Shown here piece after piece: positions 53,775 through 64,000 of a stretch of 64,000 nucleotides of DNA. The stretch covers positions 6,944,001-7,008,000 of the forward strand of contig OZ059895.1 of NCBI GenBank assembly GCA_964057225.1, written 5' to 3'. Each line of letters begins with the position of its first letter. Within the stretch, counting starts at the first letter, position 1. The notes beneath the pieces are model-generated. The model was not told where the DNA came from. It saw only the letters and a program-made list of their open reading frames with translations, and did not search any database. Made by a program: the position numbers and the translations under genes. This stretch comes from Auanema rhodensis (lineage: Eukaryota; Animalia; Nematoda).

Positions 53775-54248
53775 TGTTATTTGTAAAATGTATGATTGTA
53801 ACTCTATATTTAACCTTTTTTTTATTCATTTGATCTAGTCAGTCATCTACACAACCTAGTCGCGGCCAGTGTCTCGTATAAACGAGAGGATCGAAGAAAT
53901 GTGATAAACAACGAAACAGATGTAACACTTTGGTAATAATAAACGCAACAGATGTGCAGTTTTTTGGTAGATAAGATTAGACAAAGAACGAGACGGGCAG
54001 TATCGAAAATGAAAAGAAGAGGGATCCGATTTTTGACGACGATAGAGAACGGTTGCTGATATTGTTGTTGTGTATTTTGAGCTAGATAAACCTTTGTTAT
54101 TAAATTCGACTTCTACATTAATATAAAGACTACATTACTCCTATTCACTGCCCTACTGATTTATTATTGTGATTATTATGATTCCACCTAACTACCACTG
54201 GTCTCTGTGATCACGGAACTGACGGAGGACTACAAGAATCGAATCGAA
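53775..54248 (+). mobile_element. Probable 3' LTR (right end uncertain)
   Basis: Begins TGTTA directly after a purine-rich PPT-like GGGGACA (53768-53774), downstream of env. TATAAA at 53877 and AATAAA at 53938, with a possible ...TACA end at 54234. There is no second LTR to confirm it. Confidence 0.5.
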
Positions 54249-57200
54249 GAAGAATCTGAAGCTTGTCTATCTCTCGATCGAAAAAGTTCATTGTTCAGAC
54301 AATCTCAGTCTAGAGTTTTGAATGTTTTTCTGAACAGGAATACGGTGCACGTGCCATTTGCCTTCGAGTATTCATCTTCATCTTTGGTTTAATTACCCAA
54401 GTTTGAGGTAGTTTGATGATTCAACAAGGGTTACACCTTATGTTGAACTAAATTTTGGAAAGCTCACTATATGTGAGCAACATTGATATTTCATCTTTCT
54501 GAAGATTCTGAAGCTTGTCTATCTCTCGACCGAAAAAGTTCATTGTTCAGACAATCTCAGTCTAGAGTTTTGAATGTTTTTCTGAACAGGAATACGGTGC
54601 ACGTGCCATTTGCCTTCGAGTATTCATCTTCATCTTTGGTTTAATTACCCAAGTTTGAGGTACTTTGATGATTCAACAAGGGTTACACCTTATGTTGAAC
54701 TAAATTTTGGAAAGCTCACTATATGTGAGCAACATTGATATTTCATCTTTCTGAAGATTCTGAAGCTTGTCTATCTCTTGACCGAAAATGTTCATTGTTC
54801 AGACAATCTCAGTCTAGAGTTTTGAATGTTCTTCTGAACAGGAATACGGTGCACGTGCCATTTGCCTTCGAGTATTCATCTTCATCTTTGGTTTAATTAC
54901 CCAAGTTTGAGGTAGTTTGATGATTCAACAAGGGTTACACCTTATGTTGAACTAAATTTTGGAAAGCTCACTATATGTGAGCAACATTGATATTTCATCT
55001 TTCTGAAGATTCTGAAGCTTGTCTATCTCTCGACCGAAAAAGTTCATTGTTCAGACAATCTCAGTCTAGAGTTTTGAATGTTTTTCTGAACAGGAATACG
55101 GTGCACGTGCCATTTGCCTTCGAGTATTCATCTTCATCTTTGGTTTAATTACCCAAGTTTGAGGTACTTTGATGATTCAACAAGGGTTACACCTTATGTT
55201 GAACTAAATTTTGGAAAGCTCACTATATGTGAGCAACATTGATATTTCATCTTTCTGAAGATTCTGAAGCTTGTCTATCTCTTGACCGAAAATGTTCATT
55301 GTTCAGACAATCTCAGTCTAGAGTTTTGAATGTTCTTCTGAACAGGAATACGGTGCACGTGCCATATATCTTGGGGTATTCATCATCATATTTGGTTTAA
55401 TTACCCAAGTTTGAGGTACTTTGATGATTCAACAAGGGTTACACCTGATGTTGAACTAAATTTTGGAAAGCTCACTATATGTGAGCAACATTGATATTTC
55501 ATCTTTCTGAAGATTCTGAAGCTTGTCTATCTCTTGACCGAAAATGTTCATTGTTCAGACAATCTCAGTCTAGAGTTTTGAATGTTCTTCTGAACAGGAA
55601 TACGGTGCACGTGCCATATATCTTGGGGTATTCATCATCATATTTGGTTTAATTACCCAAGTTTGAGGTACTTTGATGATTCAACAAGGGTTACACCTGA
55701 TGTTGAACTAAATTTTGGAAAGCTCACTATATGTGAGCAACATTGATATTTCATCTCTCTGAACATTCTGAAGCTTGTCTATCTCTTGACCGAAAATGTT
55801 CATTGTTCAGACAATCTCAGTCTAGAATTTTGAATGTTCTTCTGAACAGGAATACGGTGCACGTGCCATTTGCCTTGGGGTATTCATCTTCATCTTTGGT
55901 TTAATTACCCAAGTTTGAGGTACTTTGATGATTCAACAAGGGTTACACCTGATGTTGAACTAAATTTTGGAAAGCTCACTATATGTGAGCAACATTGATA
56001 TTTCATCTCTCTGAACATTCTGAAGCTTGTCTATCTCTTGACCGAAAATGTTCATTGTTCAGACAATCTCAGTCTAGAGTTTTGAATGTTCTTCTGAACA
56101 GGAATACGGTGCACGTGCCATATATCTTGGGGTATTCATCATCATATTTGGTTTAATTACCCAAGTTTGAGGTACTTTGATGATTCAACAAGGGTTACAC
56201 CTGATGTTGAACTAAATTTTGGAAAGCTCACTATATGTGAGCAACATTGATATTTCATCTTTCTGAAGATTCTGAAGCTTGTCTATCTCTCGACCGAAAA
56301 AGTTCATTGTTCAGACAATCTCAGTCTAGAGTTTTGAATGTTCTTCTGAACAGGAATACGGTGCACGTGCCATTTGCCTTCGAGTATTCATCTTCATCTT
56401 TGGTTTAATTACCCAAGTTTGAGGTACTTTGATGATTCAACAAGGGTTACACCTTATGTTGAACTAAATTTTGGAAAGCTCACTATATGTGAGCAACATT
56501 GATATTCCATCTTTCTGAAGATTCTGAAGCTTGTCTATCTCTTGACCGAAAATGTTCATTGTTCAGACAATCTCAGTCTAGAGTTTTGAATGTTCTTCTG
56601 AACAGGAATACGGTGCACGTGCCATATATCTTGGGATATTCATCATCATATTTGGTTTAATTACCCAAGTTTGAGGTACTTTGATGATTCAACAAGGGTT
56701 ACACCTGATGTTGAACTAAATTTTGGAAAGCTCACTATATGTGAGCAACATTGATATTTCATCTTTCTGAAGATTCTGAAGCTTGTCTATCTCTTGACCG
56801 AAAATGTTCATTGTTCAGACAATCTCAGTCTAGAGTTTTGAATGTTCTTCTGAACAGGAATACGGTGCACGTGCCATATATCTTGGGGTATTCATCATCA
56901 TATTTGGTTTAATTACCCAAGTTTGAGGTACTTTGATGATTCAACAAGGGTTACACCTGATGTTGAACTAAATTTTGGAAAGCTCACTATATGTGAGCAA
57001 CATTGATATTTCATCTTTCTGAAGATTCGGAAGCTTGTCTATCTCTTTACCGGAAACTTTTATTGTTCAGACAATCTCAGTCTAGAGTTTTGAATGTTTT
57101 TCTGAACAGGAATACGGTGCACGTGCCATTTGCCTTCGAGTATTCATCTTCATCTTTGGTTTAATTACCCAAGTTTGAGGTAGTTTGATGATTCAACAAG

Positions 57201-60200
57201 GGTTACACCTTATGTTGAACTAAATTTTGGAAAGCTCACTATATGTGAGCAACATTGATATTTCATCTTTCTGAAGATTCTGAAGCTTGTCTATCTCTCG
57301 ACCGAAAAAGTTCATTGTTCAGACAATCTCAGTCTAGAGTTTTGAATGTTTTTCTGAACAGGAATACGGTGCACGTGCCATTTGCCTTCGAGTATTCATC
57401 TTCATCTTTGGTTTAATTACCCAAGTTTGAGGTACTTTGATGATTCAACAAGGGTTACACCTTATGTTGAACTAAATTTTGGAAAGCTCACTATATGTGA
57501 GCAACATTGATATTTCATCTTTCTGAAGATTCGGAAGCTTGTCTATCTCTTTACCGGAAACTTTTATTGTTCAGACAATCTCAGTCTAGAGTTTTGAATG
57601 TTCTTCTGAACAGGAATACGGTGCACGTGCCATTTGCCTTCGAGTATTCATCTTCATCTTTGGTTTAATTACCCAAGTTTGAGGTACTTTGATGATTCAA
57701 CAAGGGTTACACCTTATGTTGAACTAAATTTTGGAAAGCTCACTATATGTGAGCAACATTGATATTTCATCTTTCTGAAGATTCTGAAGCTTGTCTATCT
57801 CTTGACCGAAAATGTTCATTGTTCAGACAATCTCAGTCTAGAGTTTTGAATGTTCTTCTGAACAGGAATACGGTGCACGTGCCATATATCTTGGGGTATT
57901 CATCATCATATTTGGTTTAATTACCCAAGTTTGAGGTACTTTGATGATTCAACAAGGGTTACACCTGATGTTGAACTAAATTTTGGAAAGCTCACTATAT
58001 GTGAGCAACATTGATATTTCATCTCTCTGAACATTCTGAAGCTTGTCTATCTCTTGACCGAAAATGTTCATTGTTCAGACAATCTCAGTCTAGAATTTTG
58101 AATGTTCTTCTGAACAGGAATACGGTGCACGTGCCATTTGCCTTGGGGTATTCATCTTCATCTTTGGTTTAATTACCCAAGTTTGAGGTACTTTGATGAT
58201 TCAACAAGGGTTACACCTGATGTTGAACTAAATTTTGGAAAGCTCACTATATGTGAGCAACATTGATATTTCATCTTTCTGAAGATTCTGAAGCTTGTCT
58301 ATCTCTCGACCGAAAAAGTTCATTGTTCAGACAATCTCAGTCTAGAGTTTTGAATGTTCTTCTGAACAGGAATACGGTGCACGTGCCATTTGCCTTCGAG
58401 TATTCATCTTCATCTTTGGTTTAATTACCCAAGTTTGAGGTACTTTGATGATTCAACAAGGGTTACACCTTATGTTGAACTAAATTTTGGAAAGCTCACT
58501 ATATGTGAGCAACATTGATATTCCATCTTTCTGAAGATTCTGAAGCTTGTCTATCTCTTGACCGAAAATGTTCATTGTTCAGACAATCTCAGTCTAGAGT
58601 TTTGAATGTTCTTCTGAACAGGAATACGGTGCACGTGCCATATATCTTGGGATATTCATCATCATATTTGGTTTAATTACCCAAGTTTGAGGTACTTTGA
58701 TGATTCAACAAGGGTTACACCTGATGTTGAACTAAATTTTGGAAAGCTCACTATATGTGAGCAACATTGATATTTCATCTTTCTGAAGATTCTGAAGCTT
58801 GTCTATCTCTTGACCGAAAATGTTCATTGTTCAGACAATCTCAGTCTAGAGTTTTGAATGTTCTTCTGAACAGGAATACGGTGCACGTGCCATATATCTT
58901 GGGGTATTCATCATCATATTTGGTTTAATTACCCAAGTTTGAGGTACTTTGATGATTCAACAAGGGTTACACCTGATGTTGAACTAAATTTTGGAAAGCT
59001 CACTATATGTGAGCAACATTGATATTTCATCTTTCTGAAGATTCGGAAGCTTGTCTATCTCTTTACCGGAAACTTTTATTGTTCAGACAATCTCAGTCTA
59101 GAGTTTTGAATGTTCTTCTGAACAGGAATACGGTGCACGTGCCATTTGCCTTCGAGTATTCATCTTCATCTTTGGTTTAATTACCCAAGTTTGAGGTACT
59201 TTGATGATTCAACAAGGGTTACACCTGATGTTGAACTAAATTTTGGAAAGCTCACTATATGTGAGCAACATTGATATTTCATCTTTCTGAACATTCTGAA
59301 GCTTGTCTATCTCTTGACCGAAAATGTTCATTGTTCAGACAATCTCAGTCTAGAATTTTGAATGTTCTTCTGAACAGGAATACGGTGCACGTGCCATTTG
59401 CCTTGGGGTATTCATCTTCATCTTTGGTTTAATTACCCAAGTTTGAGGTACTTTGATGATTCAACAAGGGTTACACCTGATGTTGAACTAAATTTTGGAA
59501 AGCTCACTATATGTGAGCAACATTGATATTTCATCTTTCTGAAGATTCTGAAGCTTGTCTATCTCTTGACCCAAAATGTTCATTGTTCAGACAATCTCAG
59601 TCTAGAGTTTTGAATGTTCTTCTGAACAGGAATACGGTGCACGTGCCATTTGCCTTGGGGTATTCATCTACATCTTTGGTTTAATTACCCAAGTTTGAGG
59701 TACTTTGATGATTCAACAAGGGTTACACCTGATGTTGAACTAAATTTTGGAAAGCTCACTATATGTGAGCAACATTGATATTCCATCTCTCTGAAGATTC
59801 GGAAGCTTGTCTATCTCTTTACCGGAAACTTTTATTGTTCAGACAATCTCAGTCTAGAGTTTTGAATGTTCTTCTGAACAGGAATACGGTGCACGTGCCA
59901 TATATCTTGGGGTATTCATCATCATATTTGGTTTAATTACCCAAGTTTGAGGTACTTTGATGATTCAACAAGGGTTACACCTGATGTTGAACTAAATTTT
60001 GGAAAGCTCACTATATGTGAGCAACATTGATATTTCATCTCTCTGAACATTCTGAAGCTTGTCTATCTCTTGACCGAAAATGTTCATTGTTCAGACAATC
60101 TCAGTCTAGAATTTTGAATGTTCTTCTGAACAGGAATACGGTGCACGTGCCATTTGCCTTGGGGTATTCATCTTCATCTTTGGTTTAATTACCCAAGTTT

Positions 60201-63200
60201 GAGGTACTTTGATGATTCAACAAGGGTTACACCTGATGTTGAACTAAATTTTGGAAAGCTCACTATATGTGAGCAACATTGATATTTCATCTTTCTGAAG
60301 ATTCTGAAGCTTGTCTATCTCTTGACCCAAAATGTTCATTGTTCAGACAATCTCAGTCTAGAGTTTTGAATGTTCTTCTGAACAGGAATACGGTGCACGT
60401 GCCATATATCTTGGGGTATTCATCATCATCTTTGGTTTAATTACCCAAGTTTGAGGTACTTTGATGATTCAACAAGGGTTACACCTGATGTTGAACTAAA
60501 TTTTGGAAAGCTCACTATATGTGAGCAACATTGATATTTCATCTTTCTGAAGATTCTGAAGCTTGTCTATCTCTCGACCGAAAAAGTTCATTGTTCAGAC
60601 AATCTCAGTCTAGAGTTTTGAATGTTCTTCTGAACAGGAATACGGTGCACGTGCCATTTGCCTTCGAGTATTCATCTTCATCTTTGGTTTAATTACCCAA
60701 GTTTGAGGTACTTTGATGATTCAACAAGGGTTACACCTTATGTTGAACTAAATTTTGGAAAGCTCACTATATGTGAGCAACATTGATATTCCATCTTTCT
60801 GAAGATTCTGAAGCTTGTCTATCTCTTGACCGAAAATGTTCATTGTTCAGACAATCTCAGTCTAGAGTTTTGAATGTTCTTCTGAACAGGAATACGGTGC
60901 ACGTGCCATATATCTTGGGATATTCATCATCATATTTGGTTTAATTACCCAAGTTTGAGGTACTTTGATGATTAAACAAGGGTTACACCTGATGTTGAAC
61001 TAAATTTTGGAAAGCTCACTATATGTGAGCAACATTGATATTTCATCTTTCTGAAGATTCTGAAGCTTGTCTATCTCTTGACCGAAAATGTTCATTGTTC
61101 AGACAATCTCAGTCTAGAGTTTTGAATGTTCTTCTGAACAGGAATACGGTGCACGTGCCATATATCTTGGGGTATTCATCATCATATTTGGTTTAATTAC
61201 CCAAGTTTGAGGTACTTTGATGATTCAACAAGGGTTACACCTGATGTTGAACTAAATTTTGGAAAGCTCACTATATGTGAGCAACATTGATATTTCATCT
61301 TTCTGAAGATTCGGAAGCTTGTCTATCTCTTTACCGGAAACTTTTATTGTTCAGACAATCTCAGTCTAGAGTTTTGAATGTTCTTCTGAACAGGAATACG
61401 GTGCACGTGCCATTTGCCTTCGAGTATTCATCTTCATCTTTGGTTTAATTACCCAAGTTTGAGGTACTTTGATGATTCAACAAGGGTTACACCTGATGTT
61501 GAACTAAATTTTGGAAAGCTCACTATATGTGAGCAACATTGATATTTCATCTTTCTGAACATTCTGAAGCTTGTCTATCTCTTGACCGAAAATGTTCATT
61601 GTTCAGACAATCTCAGTCTAGAATTTTGAATGTTCTTCTGAACAGGAATACGGTGCACGTGCCATTTGCCTTGGGGTATTCATCTTCATCTTTGGTTTAA
61701 TTACCCAAGTTTGAGGTACTTTGATGATTCAACAAGGGTTACACCTGATGTTGAACTAAATTTTGGAAAGCTCACTATATGTGAGCAACATTGATATTTC
61801 ATCTTTCTGAAGATTCTGAAGCTTGTCTATCTCTTGACCCAAAATGTTCATTGTTCAGACAATCTCAGTCTAGAGTTTTGAATGTTCTTCTGAACAGGAA
61901 TACGGTGCACGTGCCATTTGCCTTGGGGTATTCATCTACATCTTTGGTTTAATTACCCAAGTTTGAGGTACTTTGATGATTCAACAAGGGTTACACCTGA
62001 TGTTGAACTAAATTTTGGAAAGCTCACTATATGTGAGCAACATTGATATTCCATCTCTCTGAAGATTCGGAAGCTTGTCTATCTCTTTACCGGAAACTTT
62101 TATTGTTCAGACAATCTCAGTCTAGAGTTTTGAATGTTCTTCTGAACAGGAATACGGTGCACGTGCCATATATCTTGGGGTATTCATCATCATATTTGGT
62201 TTAATTACCCAAGTTTGAGGTACTTTGATGATTCAACAAGGGTTACACCTGATGTTGAACTAAATTTTGGAAAGCTCACTATATGTGAGCAACATTGATA
62301 TTTCATCTCTCTGAACATTCTGAAGCTTGTCTATCTCTTGACCGAAAATGTTCATTGTTCAGACAATCTCAGTCTAGAATTTTGAATGTTCTTCTGAACA
62401 GGAATACGGTGCACGTGCCATTTGCCTTGGGGTATTCATCTTCATCTTTGGTTTAATTACCCAAGTTTGAGGTACTTTGATGATTCAACAAGGGTTACAC
62501 CTGATGTTGAACTAAATTTTGGAAAGCTCACTATATGTGAGCAACATTGATATTTCATCTTTCTGAAGATTCTGAAGCTTGTCTATCTCTTGACCCAAAA
62601 TGTTCATTGTTCAGACAATCTCAGTCTAGAGTTTTGAATGTTCTTCTGAACAGGAATACGGTGCACGTGCCATTTGCCTTGGGGTATTCATCTACATCTT
62701 TGGTTTAATTAAGCAAGTTTGAGGTACTTTGATGATTCAACAAGGGTTACACCTGATGTTGAACTAAATTTTGGAAAGCTCACTATATGTGAGCAACATT
62801 GATATTTCATCTTTCTGAAGATTCTGAAGCTTGTCTATCTCTTGACCCAAAATGTTCATTGTTCAGACAATCTCAGTCTAGAGTTTTGAATGTTCTTCTG
62901 AACAGGAATACGGTGCACGTGCCATTTGCCTTGGGGTATTCATCTACATCTTTGGTTTAATTACCCAAGTTTGAGGTACTTTGATGATTCAACAAGGGTT
63001 ACACCTGATGTTGAACTAAATTTTGGAAAGCTCACTATATGTGAGCAACATTGATATTCCATCTCTCTGAAGATTCGGAAGCTTGTCTATCTCTTTACCG
63101 GAAACTTTTATTGTTCAGACAATCTCAGTCTAGAGTTTTGAATGTTCTTCTGAACAGGAATACGGTGCACGTGCCATTTGCCTTGGGGTATTCATCTTCA

Positions 63201-64000
63201 TGTTTGGTTTAATTACCCAAGTTTGAGGTACTTTGATGATTCAACAAGGGGGTCACCTGATGTTGAACTAAATTTTGGAAAGCTCACTATATGTGAGCAA
63301 CATTGATATTTCATCTTTCTGAAGATTCTGAAGCTTGTCTATCTCTTGACCCAAAATGTTCATTGTTCAGACAATCTCAGTCTAGAGTTTTGAATGTTTT
63401 TCTGAACAGGAATACGGTGCACGTGCCATTTGCCTTCGAGTATTCATCTTCATCTTTGGTTTAATTACCCAAGTTTGAGGTACTTTGATGATTCAACAAG
63501 GGTTACACCTTATGTTGAACTAAATTTTGGAAAGCTCACTATATGTGAGCAACATTGATATTTCATCTTTCTGAAGATTCTGAAGCTTGTCTATCTCTTG
63601 ACCGAAAATGTTCATTGTTCAGACAATCTCAGTCTAGAGTTTTGAATGTTTTTCTGAACAGGAATACGGTGCACGTGCCATTTGCCTTCGAGTATTCATC
63701 TTCATCTTTGGTTTAATTACCCAAGTTTGAGGTACTTTGATGATTCAACAAGGGTTACACCTTATGTTGAACTAAATTTTGGAAAGCTCACTATATGTGA
63801 GCAACATTGATATTTCATCTTTCTGAAGATTCTGAAGCTTGTCTATCTCTTGATCGAAAATGTTCATTGTTCAGACAATCTCAGTCTAGAGTTTTGAATG
63901 TTTTTCTGAACAGGAATACGGTGCACGTGCCATTTGCCTTCGAGTATTCATCTTCATCTTTGGTTTAATTACCCAAGTTTGAGGTACTTTGATGATTCAA
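54249..64000 (+). ncRNA. SL1: Tandem array of SL1 RNA genes, 252-bp unit, 39 copies (right array; open at window end)
   Basis: Exons run from 54386 to 63962, exactly 38 x 252. Spacer haplotypes are distinct (AAAATGTTCATT, CCTTCGAG, CCATATATC), with a CCTTATG allele in stem II. Confidence 0.97.

Larger units (their letters stand above)
51863..54248 (+). mobile_element. 5'-truncated env-bearing BEL/Pao LTR retrotransposon (endogenous retrovirus) remnant
   Basis: Order is env, 3' UTR, PPT-like tract, TG-initiated LTR-like segment. No gag/pol is visible. Confidence 0.7.

Noticed and set aside
48856-54248. NeSL/CRE-type SL-specific non-LTR retrotransposon insertion
   Set aside because: The break is near the donor, but what follows is inverted array DNA. 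No RT or endonuclease ORF, poly(A) tail or target duplication is visible.
54207-54392. 61-aa ORF
   Set aside because: Chimeric read-through from LTR-like DNA into the SL spacer, with a GTG start.

Overview
Nematode genomic DNA. About 91% of the window looks like a 252-bp satellite, but each monomer is a spliced-leader RNA gene. Each has the 22-nt SL1 exon GGTTTAATTACCCAAGTTTGAG, a GT donor, stem-loop II, an Sm site (AAATTTTGGAA) and stem-loop III. By my hand count of period and indels there are 194 SL exons in the left array (1-48858), 39 in the right array (54249-64000) and 2 inverted ones, about 235 in total. The array runs off both window edges, and no 5S rRNA is recognisable in the unit. 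A ~5.4-kb island splits the arrays. It holds (i) an inverted 1.75-unit block whose two genes carry a variant leader (...TTTAAG), joined 3 nt after an SL splice donor; (ii) ~2.5 kb of AT-rich unique DNA with small repeats and a possible tiny spliced gene; and (iii) the decayed 3' end of a BEL/Pao-type endogenous retrovirus with a phlebovirus-like Gn/Gc env and a probable 3' LTR. The array shows regional haplotype domains, 7-14-mer block duplications, mostly structure-preserving variation in the RNA, and rare alleles with duplicated or triplicated Sm sites.
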